From contig NC_090604.1 in the NCBI RefSeq assembly GCF_000497125.1, positions 330,651-394,650 on the forward strand: DNA of 64,000 nucleotides, given 5' to 3'. The stretch comes from Spironucleus salmonicida. Its lineage: Eukaryota. The position numbers were made by a program, and so were the translations under genes. Below the pieces are notes generated by a model. The model had not been told where the DNA came from, did no database searches, and saw only the letters and a list, made by a program, of their open reading frames with translations. Shown here one piece after another: positions 1-11,983 of this stretch (positions are counted from its first letter, which is position 1; each line of letters begins with the position of its first letter).

Positions 1-676
1 TGCCAGCCGCGCGCCCGAAATACCGAACCAAAAACCGCACTGCAATACACACTTCGGAAGGAACTGCTGCGACAACGGCAGCTGCTCCTTTTCCGTTGAT
101 TTCGCGCGCATACCGCTCTGGGATAACTAAACCTCCAAATCTGACCGGCCGCAAAATGCCTTCCTGAAGCTACATAGCTGCAGACTTCCAGCTCAGTACT
201 GCCTGGCCCCACTCCTTAGCAGTACAGATGTCTTCATTTAAAATCTTAATCTGGCACAGCTGTGGGGGGCGGAAATTATAAATTTGTCTTGAGCGAGGGT
301 TCAAGGCTTGAAAGTGCAAATTTGCTATTTTTACGATTTCCCTCATTGCCGGAACACGCGGAATCGAGGCTGCGCAAAACCTGCAAATCGCTGCAAGTTC
401 CAGCCTCGAACTAAGCAGATTCTCGGTCTGTCTGGATGGAAGGGTACTGCGCGTAAGGGAATGAAAACTTTCCTGCAGCGGATAAATATTTGCGCGCCGG
501 CTTCTAAGAACGCGCATTTGGCCGTTTGCGCCTGCTTAATTGAAAGCAAAACGAGCAGGGTGAAACAATTGTTGGGCGATAAATTCAGGTTAGCATAGGG
601 TCAGACTGTGGATAGCAGGTGTAGCGTTTCGAATTAGCGCTGTGGGCGGGTATTATTGCTGGATTTTAAGTTACAT
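1..676 (-). CDS. Hypothetical protein, 5' part (runs off the window); inverted copy of 30348-31226
   Basis: ATG at 676, open in the TAR=Gln code; near-identical to the reverse complement of 30348-31022; head-to-head with the selenoprotein gene. Confidence 0.6.
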
Positions 677-813
677 GAATATTAATATTATATGGATATA
701 ATTATATAATATTTTAAGAAACCTAATATAATTCCAATCCTCATCAATAATATTATTATATAATATTAAGATGTTATACAAAACTCTCCCACTTCGAACT
801 TCCGCTCCCTCAC

Positions 814-1041
814 ATGGAAATCAAGGTCGTGATGTGTTAGTCCTGAGGCTCCATGCCCCGCTTCAAGGGTCTCCAGGCGTTCCTGAAAGGAAAGCTTGGC
901 GTAGAGGCTGCCTTCGAGTATGGTGCTCTGGGCGACTTCGAGGTCTTCGCCAACGGAACCCTCGTCTTCTCCAAAGCCAAGGAGGGCGCCTATCCCAGTC
1001 CCCCCGCGGTGCTGGCGGCGATCGAGGCGCTCGGGGCATGA
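814..1041 (+). CDS. SELENOW: Selenoprotein W / Rdx-family selenoprotein, 75 aa (MEIKVVMCQSUGSMPRF...LGDFEVFANGTLVFSK...YP)
   Basis: CxxU motif (TGT TAG TCC TGA, with TGA at 844-846) plus the Rdx GxFEV...LVFSK...P motif; SECIS immediately downstream. Confidence 0.92.
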
Positions 1042-1048
1042 AAATGTA

Positions 1049-1118
1049 AACTGAAGCTGTGACGTGGGCAGGATAAGCGCGAGCCCCTGCTAACTGAGTT
1101 TTGTTAATTTCTTCAGTT
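1049..1118 (+). promoter_or_regulatory. SECIS element, GUGA_AA_GA type
   Basis: Helix I AACTGAAG(1049-1056)/CTTCAGTT(1111-1118); GTGA 1059-1062, 12 nt, AA 1075-1076, 19 nt, GA 1096-1097; helix II GTGGGCAGG/CCTGCTAAC; apical GC-GCGA-GC mini-hairpin. Confidence 0.85.
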
Positions 1119-3049
1119 ATCTGCTATATTTCCTTTATTTGGCATTTCTATACTTCTTTTATATTGCTCGTGGTATCAACAATTTTGTAGTTAATAGTAC
1201 TTTATAGTTTCAGAATTACGCCTTACACCTAAGAATCAAATTCCTTTATTGAAACTAAGTTAATTAGCTAGGTTGCTTTTACTTATATACACAAAATTAT
1301 ACATTGGTATTGACAATTTGTTATAAACAGCAGGTTAATTCATTTATCTTGTTATCATATAGTAGATACGTTAAATATGTATTGTTATATCTAATTAGCA
1401 AACACGATCTCGGTTATTTATAAAACTTCTATTACGGTCCATAAGTATGATTATAAGTATATTTTATATTGTATTTTATAGTTTAATATTAATATTAAAT
1501 AATATCCATATGGATAAATTATATAATAATCAATAAAATTAAAGACTGTTTTAATAAAAGTTATCGCGATTCTGATGCTAAATTTCCAGAAATTTCAATT
1601 GCAGAGTTTAAAGATTTGGTAAAACAACTTTATAACTAAATACAAAACTGTTGTCTTAGATCTTTACATTATCTAAGAAGTATCATCCTAATATAGGTTC
1701 TCAAAGTATTTAAAGTGTCTTTGAATCATTTTTTACATATAGCTTCATTATTGCCTATTAAATCTCCGCTATATTGTTAAGTATTCATCGATATTTTCGA
1801 AAATAATATTTATATGTTATATTCAAGTTACAGATATAAATTTGGTAACTAGGATATATACTAATTACGCACCATTAGAGTTATCGATTTCAATTTTTTA
1901 GCAATGTGAATTGTTTTTTATATGTTAACTTAAATTATTACGTCTCTATATACCCAAACCCATTTTGACTAGAATTTTGTGTTTAAAAATGCAATGAAAC
2001 AACAAAATTGTTATAAAAGAATGATAAAGACTTATTTTATGTTACGCAAAAATGTGAATTATAACCAGAGATGCTCTTATAATACCAATTTTCCTCTGGA
2101 ATTAGATGTTCTACATCTCCATATGCTACTCAAGACCTTTTAATGTGCTTCTTGTAGCATCATGATTTGCACTCTTTTGCATAATAGCAACTAATATCTG
2201 TTTGTTTTCGTGCTTACGCGCCCCTTCTTGTACCAGAAGACAATAGATATAGCTTGAATCTCATGACACGAAATATAAAATAATCGACAGATAAGCTTGA
2301 ACTGATTATAGAATGCCTTACGAACGGATATGGCGAGGTTTTCCACTTAGATTCTAACGCCGTAAATCTATCAGACTTTTCCAGTAAAATAAAGTAAAAT
2401 CAGGAAAATTTAGCAGCAAAGCAGCTGGTACGTGCCTATTTACTGTGTTTAACGGCGTTCCTGGAGGCATAATCGCATCGGCCGTAGAAGAGAAGTCGAG
2501 ACACTTTTATTATATCATTAATGTTATAATTATATCATTATATGTATAATACCAAAAACGTCATCACAGATTTCTAGCCTCGCAATTCATCTAGAAACTG
2601 GATTATCGATATCTAATGACGCCTAGCCCATCATCCAGTACTTTGATATCACCTCCTCCACTTACAACCCGCATACAGTAACATTACCACTTTCCGAGCG
2701 ACTGCTAACGCACCTTAACGCACTAGTGAACAACGAATCGCTGCCGACGAACCCGACGGTGAACTTAACGTTAGCAACACAGAAAATTCTTATATCACAT
2801 TTCCTAATTTCAATTTCAATTCAATTTTCCACTCCCAAAATTCACATTTCCGAAGCGCTCAAATTCCCCAAATTCAGCTTCCGGAAGTCCTTTTCGCACT
2901 TGCCAGTCGCCGTCTTCGGGCTCGCAACCCTTGAGGTAGTACTTTTGAGCCGTGAATTGACGCGATTTGCAGCGTTTTGAGCCTCATGCACCAGGAGCAA
3001 ACCGCGGGTTCGCTCGCTCTGCTGATTTTGGGTATGTTCGGTATTAATC

Positions 3050-3091
3050 TTCCAGATCGAGAGGTCATGGGTTCGACTCCCGTTGATCTAC
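3050..3091 (+). pseudogene. 3' half of a tRNA (Trp-CCA-like), 5' half absent
   Basis: TT CCA GA TCGAG AGGTC ATGGG TTCGACT CCCGT TGATCTA C then T6; no D-arm or 5' acceptor strand upstream. Confidence 0.6.
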
Positions 3092-3219
3092 GTTTTTTAA
3101 TTTCGCAACAGTTAGTATTCCCGCACATTCGCCCACTCCCAAAACGCCTTCCGCGTGTGTTTTAGCCGCAAATTGAACCCACTGAACCTTGCTCGCTTCA
3201 ATTTCCGCGTTTCGCAAAA

Positions 3220-4030
3220 TCGAGGTATATGCTCTGCGACCTTTTCAGTTACTATTTGGTCATCCAGAATTCTTCTTGTCGTAGGTATTTTCTTGCTTCT
3301 CTTAGCAAGGTGAGATGCTAATTCTCCGGTTGAGCCCACGCCATTAAGATGCCAGCAATCGCCATAGTTTCTATTTTCTTATTTCAGCTCTCGTTATCTC
3401 TAGTAATCCGAATTTCTATAAACTTACTGTCAGGTTCGCAGGCAGCGCAATGCCCGCCTATCTGAGTGCGGCAGTCGGCACGCACCGGAGCTATGTTTTA
3501 GCTAATTACAGGCCGCGCAGTATACAGCGCCTAGTACGTGTAGGCAGAGTCGCTGGATATGTTCCGCGGTGAAATATTAGCCGTTCCAAATTACCGCAAA
3601 TCGTAGGGCAGATACCCTCAGGTATTATGAGATAGATGATGTTATCTATCTCAGCAGATACTTTTCACCATGTTCTGGGGCATTTCCCACCACACTTTCG
3701 GCGCCTCTTGGCCGGGAGGTCGTGGCAAAGTGCTCCGATTCCACCGTAGTCGCCGATGAATTCTCTAGCTCCAGAGAGAAAGTGTTGCGGCACTGCAGGC
3801 AGGTGTTCGCATCGGAGAACGAGGTAAATACGACATTGGTCATTTCCATAAAGGCTCCAATGAGGAATTCCAAACGTGCAATTCCTGGGTTTACCTGGCG
3901 ATATAGTTTTAGCACGTGGACTTCGCAGTAGTATCCATATTATGTACCTATACTGATTGCACAAGGTGGGCGCAGGTTCACAGAAACAACCAACTTTCGG
4001 GTCTCGCCTGGTGTGGGCAGGCCGGAGGAT
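3220..4030 (-). pseudogene. Decayed CRMP-like relic (approximate limits)
   Basis: Inverted copy of ~26990-27800; residual GYYCE, SDANTCLQC and AIAGI..VGSxGELASHLAKRSKK motifs with frameshifts. Confidence 0.5.
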
Positions 4031-4866
4031 CAGCTAAACGCATACGAACGGGTCGGGGTAGGATGGAAACACAGGCGGTTGGAGTTTTAAAGATAGAGCA
4101 GTTCCGTTGGAAGGTAGCGAGACACGGGGAGGTGGGTGCCCAGGGGTTGAACTAGCGTACCGAAGCATGTTGAAACGAATTCCTTCTTAGGGATAATGCA
4201 TCAAAAATATTACAATGGCAGCTTGCATAAAATCGGTGGGAGGAGGCTAGGCAGTGAGAGCACTGCAAATAACAAAGGAGCATGCCCGTAATATAGGGGT
4301 AGGGATAAAATGCTGCGTCTGCGCTAGGTGCGAAAGTGCGGCAGTGAGCAGGCGTATAGGGCCAATGCAAATTTATGCAATTGCTGGGTAGTTTATAGAT
4401 GTTTGATCTATAATAGTTTAAGATACCTGCTCGGGGACAAGCTTTCCGCCAGAAACGGCCATTAGCTGGGTGCCGAACTTTCTGGATACCGACTGAGGGT
4501 GTAAATAGTGTGCTGGTAGACTGAAACCTCTTAATAAGGGTCCTGGGGTGTTTTATAATATTGGGTATCACATCAATCCTGCTAGGTATGCATTATAAAA
4601 CTGAATGCTGAATAATCTACATTTATATATAGTAAGATACCGCAGTAGTAAAATGACGTCCTCAGCTAAATTTTGCTGAAACTGCGCGGCCCTAGCAGAA
4701 ATGCACTCATGGCGAGTAGTAGTCTTTACTGGTCACGCTACAGTCTAAATTGCCAATGTATCATGCCATTGCTCGAAGTCGGCTTTAGCACCTCTCGACG
4801 TGCATACTATTGAAATATCCGAGTGGAAAGCTTAGCATAAACGTGCAGGAACGTATATATTACCAA

Positions 4867-5934
4867 TCACTGTTACTCCACTCTCTTCTTCGCCTTTCTA
4901 ATGAAATAATAAGCCAGGCCGCCACCAATTGCCCCAACGACCAACAAGACTCCAATGACGATGCCCGTGACTGCCCCACTGCTCAAATTCTGGCTATTAA
5001 CTTCCGGATCTGGATTAGACGGCGTGGGAACTACCGGGACCGGAACAGGTGGGGAAGGCGGCACAGGTCCGGGTACAGGAGCAGGTGGTGTGGGAACATC
5101 CGGTTCGGGAGTTACCGGGTCTGGACCAGATGGTTCTGGAGTAGGTGGTTCTGGAACAGGGGGTTCTGGAATATTTGGATCTGGAGTAGGTGGCTCAGGA
5201 GCAGGGGTCTCAGACCAGCACATCCCGCCAATGAGCTTAAACCCAGTTGCACAGTCCCTACACGAACTACCTTTTGTAATAATAGCATTAGTAAGACACG
5301 TTTTGCACTTATCTAACGTAGAATTACAGGAAGCGCAATTGGTAGCGTACCTACATATACAGGCTGAATCAAGCCCTTCAGCACAGGGTGTAGCCACTCC
5401 CTCCTTGCAGTAGTTACCATCTGTAATATCATCACATTTAGGAGTACATGTACCTTGAATTGTCGTAATATGCGTTCTCCAATCGCACGAGTTGCAAACC
5501 GTCGCCGAGGAGCAAATATCGCAGTCATCAGCACATTTCACGCACCTCTTTGTGGACATATCGCAAAATGTTGAACGTTGACCCTTGCAGTCTTCATTAT
5601 TATTGCAGACTCTGACGCATTTGCCATCTTACATTGTGAACCCAACGGCGCATTTCTAGCACGAATTGGAATCGGCACATTCAGCACAATCCTTTTAGCA
5701 GTCAGAGCAAACTTTTCCATTAAGATAAGATCCAGGGAGGCAAGTGGCGCAACTTCCTCCTGAACATGTCTTGCAGTTTGTTGTCACTATATTATATTCA
5801 CAGTAGCAGCCCTGGCCGAATTTCATGTCTTCTGTGCACGGTTTACAGGGAACACTTATATAATCAGTAGCTGGGCAAAAATGATCTTCCTGGCACCTAG
5901 TGATACGGATAGTACATGTTCCAGGATTTGTCAT
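4867..5934 (-). CDS. Cysteine-rich membrane protein (CRMP, VSP-like), 355 aa, long Pro-rich stalk, tail [10 protein letters not shown]
   Basis: One ORF when TAR=Gln; CxxC/CxC repeats; [31 protein letters not shown]. Confidence 0.93.
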
Positions 5935-8111
5935 TTTAAAAATAGAATATGGTATTTCATCTGATAATATATAAGCAACCCGTTTTTTGGTTTTTAACCT
6001 TCATGAGACATGCATATATATATATTACTTTATGCTATAATTTAAAACCAAACTCAAATATTTTTAGTTTGTGATTGTTATATAATGTCAAATATATGGC
6101 ACAAATATAAAAGAAACTTAACAAGACAAAGATATTGAATTTTATCTAACTGAACGCCAAGACAACGAGCAGCAGCCCACAATCAAGCGTGCACCGCTCT
6201 TGCCCATTTTCCAATACTTCCACTCCAAAATATATTTAATATAATATTACCTTCTAATTATACAGCTGCACTCCAAATTAGTAACCCACATTATTATACA
6301 CTTACTATCAGATTTAGACAAAGTCGGCCCACCAGCGTAAATGTCCTTTGGCGTTTGCACCTCCCAAAGCCGCTAAAACGCGAGTTGACACTGTCCAAAT
6401 TGCGGCACCTAAACATTGTAGTTCCCTTTATCCAGGAGCGCAGCCCCGTTGCACTGCATTTCTTGGCATCGGCTATTGTACCTATTTCGTTCCAGAGTCA
6501 GATTTTTTGGCACAGAGCCGGCCCGAGCAGCATGCGTCTAGTTGCAGCAAGTGTAGCGGTGGGCAGGCCGTGTGCTGCTCTGGGTTCAGCTTGTCGAGCT
6601 GGGACGCCATCCAGAGCTACGAGGTAGCGGTGACCGTCTACACCGTGGGAGACCGCATAGGAGGCTGTAGCGGGGTGTCCGGCTGGATTTAGGTCGTCGA
6701 GGTGTAAATGTGAGATATTTTTGGGTTGAAGCGGGACAGGGAATATGTATTGTTATAGTCTGGGCTGAACTATTTTGCTAAATGGAGGGGTGAGGAGGCT
6801 GGTCAGGGGAAGGATGGGGCGATTCACTGTGTCTAGCAGTGGATGGGATAGTTTCTAATTCTTTTTGGAGTAGGAGGATGGGTAGAGTCTCAAATCCAAA
6901 AATAATTGCGCTTTTTGTTGGCGGAATACAGAACAAAATTTACCGGTCAGCAAATACTAATGATGGCTTGGATTTGTTTTACTAATGGTTTTTATGTTGC
7001 CTATCGCATGATTCGAACAGCTGGGAGTGAAGATGCGCCAAATAAACCTAGATTTGGTCGATTTGGACTGTAAAGATAGTGGAAATCTATAATTTTACTA
7101 TAAAAATAAAACTCGTATTGGGGTATTTAGGTTGCAGAATTTTCACGACATTATTGTTTGATTCCTAGATCTTATTTAAGTATTTTTTGATAAATTTTGG
7201 AGTCAATATTTATGTTGTTAATCAAAACTTATATTCAAAATACATAGGTAGATCAAGGGTATACTTTGTTTACAGTGAGTATTTGAAAGAGAGCTGCAGT
7301 GATTCGCAGAGGTTTATTTTTTAATTGTTCTCATATTTATTAGATTTTACTACGCACTTATTATAATTATAATCTAAATACTAATGTCTGCTTACTGTCG
7401 CACATTTAACTCATATAGAATTAAATGTTACGATAAATATTTATTTTCGAAATAGTATATTTTTAATTAATATCATTTAGCTAAAAATATATTAATACAT
7501 AATGAAGTTTTTGTGTTAACATCGTTATACAAATGTTGTTCATTCTTGTGGAGTCAATTAATAACATGGCATCTGATTGTCATCAATAGATGCAAGTAAA
7601 CCAAATATTTAGTTTGCTAATATTTGAAGTACTATTAATTTAACAAATGAGAAATAATAAGTGATTAAATTGTAGTATAGTTTACACCAATTCCAGATAA
7701 CACTATTTTTCAAATATTTTATTCACAATATTTACGAATAACGAGCTGTACCTTTTTTCTAAAAGGATCTAGCACTAGTAATATATATTATTAGGAAGCA
7801 GAATGTGTAGCCATATACATGAAAAAGCTTCCTATACAAGATCAGATGTATTGATATTAAGTAATAAGTCGCGATTATCAAGCACATACATCTGCACTTA
7901 TCGGGTTTCAAGAAGTTAGCTATGTTATGGTTTGCAACGTGAATTAGAAAGTGACTTATCTTTTTGAAAACCTGGTAAATGCAAATTTGTGGGCTGTGAA
8001 TGGTGAATTACTACTTTACTGTATTTATAGAGTTTCAAAAAGCTTCGATATTTTCTTGTTCATATCTCGAATGACAAGCCTGGAAACTAGCATATATATT
8101 TGTTTTGTGAT
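4890..8111. repeat. Arm of a second inverted duplication (partner ~34645-37710)
   Basis: 5935-8111 is nearly the reverse complement of 34645-36819; similarity continues into the CRMP gene. Confidence 0.9.
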
Positions 8112-8595
8112 GGAGATCTGCTACTAAAGTAAAAATTACACTTTGAATCACTAACAGTGCAGATTTTCTATAATAGATTTTAAATTATATGTATATTTAA
8201 AATGAAAATGATATGAAAATGAGCTTTATAGTCGATTCTATCCGTGAAATATATTTATTAACTTATTCAATACTTGGGTATACATGAGTAATAAAATTAT
8301 TAAAAAGTGATTAAAATAACTAACGTAATAAACTTTTTAAGGGATAATATTTTTCATACAACACCCGGATTTCTTTATGAATAACTGCCATACACTATAA
8401 TTTTTTTAATATAATCCATATAACTTCTCCACCAATACTACATGCTGCTGTTGCTGTCATGCCATCACAACATTTTACTTCCAGTTAAAACACAATAACT
8501 GCGTTGGTTTACCAAAACTCGCCATTACATCTTAAATACTTGAAATACAGAAAATCTTTTTCATTGGCTCCCATTAAAAACTCTATAGCAATTAT

Positions 8596-9240
8596 TCATC
8601 CGAAAATATTACCCTACAGATCGCCCGACGCTATTAATTATTGCAATACATAATATACCGCATGTATCAACTTCACCCAGCTAATCTTGCCATTCTAGCG
8701 CTATAATTTTCCACAATCGCGAACAGTACCTCCCGAAAATTGATCTATTGACTACAATTTCTCCATTTTCTCAACCAATAATTCAGCAAATGCACCCTAT
8801 CCAGCTACACTACCCATCTTAAGAAATTGCTTAACTGCCTGCAGATCGTTTCTACTGATACAACGAATTATCTTCCTACAAACCACTTAACGGATACAAG
8901 CACTATTCCAGCTTAGCCCTTCGCTAATTTTGTAAAACCACGCTACTTTACGATGATAGCAGACGCCGATGCCTATCCGTAGCTGCTCCAACCCGTTGCA
9001 GCGCATCGCTAGCGTAAAATCCCGAAAATGCGTCTAGATACACCTTAAAATAGAAACGGATAACTTGTATAATACAATATATTCAATCCGCACCATTCCA
9101 AATCTGCAGCAACCCAATATCCAATCCAAATTGACCACACACGCTCTACCTTCTTTATACTGCGCATACTGTCTTAGAAACTTATAAACGTCAACTTCCG
9201 CCCCAAAATCACTTATAAACCACAATTAAAAACTTACCAT
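8596..9240 (-). CDS. Possible hypothetical protein, 214 aa
   Basis: Open from ATG 9240 to TGA in the TAR=Gln code; weak BRCT-like 'VVNLDWILGC' only. Confidence 0.25.
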
Positions 9241-9581
9241 ATTTTATATAATATTAACTTAATATAAAAAAGCAAAAAACGCAAATTAATTCTACCGCAT
9301 TTCCGCTCAGCAAAACCGCAAAATCGAAGCCAGAAACGGCCGGGGCGCGCGCCGATTCCAGAGAAAGTTTCGTGCGAATTTCGCTTTTCAGCAAATGCCT
9401 CAAAATCGAAATGCCGCCATCCGAACGCCGAGAAAACGACATTTTGAGACAAATTCGCACGCAGGAGCAGCCGAAACGGTCCTTATATACCCTGATAAAT
9501 TATAAAATTAGAAAGGAATTATCTATTATATAGGATATAATAATGTATATATTTTTAATTCACCACTCCACTACAATTAAT

Positions 9582-10094
9582 ATGCCCGACATGAACATGA
9601 TATGGCTAGTTATCAACCTTGTTAGTGCGGTTTTGCTTGCCGTTTCGACCATAAATGCGTTCCTCTTCGCCACCGCCAGCGCGGTTTTCACATCTCTCCT
9701 TTTCCTTTTCGCTGAAATTCTCATCTGCATCATCCCCTGGACTGCGGCGCTTTTGCCTTATTTCGGGTTCCTGAAATCGGGTGTTGGCGCTCCGCTCCTT
9801 TTAATCATTATAGCCTGTTTTTATATATATAATATATAAAATTTCTGCAGCAGATGGGACTTCTGCTACGGCCAAATTGTTGGTATAATCGTTGTGGCTG
9901 CGATGGTGGTGGAGCTGGTGTTCAAGAAAGACGAATTAAGCGCGGAAATGCAGAAGGCAGGGGAGGGCGTGAGAGCGAATACTGAGTTTGCGAAGGGGGA
10001 GTTTAAGAGCAGGGGGAAGGGGAAGTAGAGTTAGGGGTAGTAGGACGAGAAGTAGCAGAATGAGATCACAACAGGCGAAGAGCTTGTTGAGTGA
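9582..10094 (+). CDS. Multi-pass (about 4 TM) membrane protein, COPI-associated/TVP15-like, 170 aa
   Basis: Hydrophobic helices; YFGFLKSGVGAPLLLIIIACFY; paralogues at 58210-58713 and 63028-63552; upstream CCACTCCAC; ends GAG TGA. Confidence 0.75.
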
Positions 10095-10203
10095 ATCAAA
10101 TGAACGTTTTTGCAACATGTTGTTCTTGCAAGTATTTTAAAATAATTGATATTGGGTACAAAAATAATAGGTATTCCTTATATACTGTATAAATATAAGA
10201 TAT

Positions 10204-10277
10204 GCCGGTATAGCTCAGTTGGTTAGAGCGCGACACTAGTAATGTCGAGGTCTTGGGTTCAAATCCCAATATTGGCT
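10204..10277 (+). tRNA. tRNA-Thr(AGT)
   Basis: Full cloverleaf; anticodon arm CGACA CT AGT AA TGTCG. Confidence 0.97.
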
Positions 10278-10391
10278 ATTTATGTAAAACACGATTTATT
10301 TAAAGATGAAGTGTTTAACTGTAAAATTTTATGATATACGTTATTATATATTAAAAATTTAATTAACACTTTCACCACTTCAATATCAATC

Positions 10392-11402
10392 ATGGATAAA
10401 ATAACTAACTAGTGGAAAAAAGTAGTTAACAAGCTTTCCGACATTGAAATACTGATTTAAGCAGCAACAACTCATAAAACTACCTGGGGTCCAACAACCC
10501 AGGATATGGATAAAATTATCATGATGCTTCCTTCTGATCGCGATCGTGGGATCAGATATATATTCATGACAATGTAGGAGCCGAAATCTGACTGGAGAAC
10601 GGTTTATAAGTGCTTGCTACTAATAGAATACATGTCTCTCAATGCTGACGAACAAACGTTAGATTATTTAAGACGTCAAATTCACGATGTTAGACGCATG
10701 ATGCAGTACACATTCAGAGATAGCGAAGGAACTGACAAGGGAATCAATATCCGTAAACGTGCTGAAAGTGTAGCAGAGGGCTTAGAAGACTAGGATCTTT
10801 TCCAAAAGAGAGCTGAGAACTAGCAGAACAAATCCAAGTACACTTAGGCAGTTGGAAGTGGATTTTCAGGCAACTATTAGTCCCAATCTAGTAGTTACCC
10901 TGCTGCTCAGTCATATGACTCTGGTAATGGTTTTTTGTCTTAAAACCAATATCCTCCTTAAAATTCATATTAACCTCAGTAGAACTAGTTTGCTCCTTAA
11001 CAGCAAACCAACAACTATGCAGCAATGCAGCCTTCTAACCAATTCGCGCCCAAGTAACCTGTTTAAAATCAGTATGCACCTCCACAAAATCAGTATGCTC
11101 CTTAATAACAAAACTAATATGCCCCTTAATAATAGAATTAATATGCTCCATAATAACAGAATTAATTTGCACCACAGCAGCAAAACTAATTCGCACCGCA
11201 GCAAAATACGTCAAATCAGCTGTAATTTGCACCCGTGCCTGCATAGAATTAATATGCTCCCCCGCCTCAGGCCTAATAGGTGTTTTAGGCTCCAGCGTAA
11301 CAGTAGTAGTTCGTTCCATAATAGCAGTAGCAGTAGGCCCCACAATAAGTTAAGCAGTAGGCACCCAAAGGAAACTTGCTTGATGATTTGCTAGATTTCT
11401 GA
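10392..11402 (+). CDS. ENTH-domain (epsin-like) protein, 336 aa, Q/P-rich tail ending NLLDDLLDF
   Basis: ENTH motifs 'TWGPT', 'DWRTVYKCLLLIEY', 'DKGINIRKRAE'; many TAA/TAG Gln codons; clathrin-box-like C terminus. Confidence 0.92.
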
Positions 11403-11575
11403 GTGAACCATTTTTAAGCTTCATTTAACCTAGAATTTGGGATCGATCCCAACAGGAAATTACGCTAATTTTAGATAAATATCCCATTAAATATAAGTGA
11501 CCGTAATAATTTGTTTGAGCCTGGCTCGAACTCTGGGTTGAAAAAATAAAGAAATTTTAAAACTCAAACATTAGA

Positions 11576-11815
11576 TCACAAGTTGCCGGCGTGGAACTTC
11601 TGGTTGATTAATCTGAGGTGAGACATACGACCAGTACCTTGAGTTCTTCTGGCTAAAGCCTTCTGAGACCAGTTATACTTTCTCATGTGAGCCTGAGGGA
11701 AGGCACATGAAGCACACTGGCCTTTCTGGATATGAAGGGAATGCTTGCCGCAACGAGGGCAAGTCTCGTGAAGACGAGAGTGACGTTTACCTTGAGCTTA
11801 AGTACCTTTGGTCAT
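11576..11815 (-). CDS. RPL37: 60S ribosomal protein L37 (eL37), 79 aa
   Basis: MTKGTQAQGKRH...CPRCG...CASCAFP...YNWSQKALARRTQGTGRMSHL; missed by the ORF track because of a TAA at codon 6. Confidence 0.97.
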
Positions 11816-11983
11816 TCCGCACGTGGAGTGGAATTGAGAAATTAAAATTACTTCATTTACTATTATTATATCTTTATTATCTTTATTACCAAAAAAGTTT
11901 TCCAGCCCAATTTTTCAATTTAACATTATTATACATATTAACCGTACATTCCATATTCCGCTTCTTACCATTCCAAATTTTAT

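Larger units (their letters stand above)
1..6553. repeat. Left arm of a ~6.5-kb inverted duplication (partner 24496-31022)
   Basis: Position x maps to about 31024-x over 1-4700 (e.g. ORFs 853-1041 and 29983-30171); similarity continues through the CRMP gene and its upstream module. Confidence 0.95.

Noticed and set aside
3091-3250. Circularly permuted tRNA with the 5' half downstream of the 3' half
   Set aside because: A T6 terminator follows directly and no D-arm/A-box sequence is visible downstream
4955-5413. Gly-rich ORFs (also 25632-26069, 37341-37658, 52050-52478)
   Set aside because: Antisense shadows of the Pro-rich CRMP stalks
6348-6692. Recurrent ORFs MAFAPPK.../MHLPKPLK... as a protein family
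   Set aside because: Non-ATG starts and different C termini between copies; recurrence is explained by the DNA module duplication
10852-11394. Track ORF of 180 aa (N/L/S-rich)
   Set aside because: Alternative frame of the Gln/Pro-rich epsin tail
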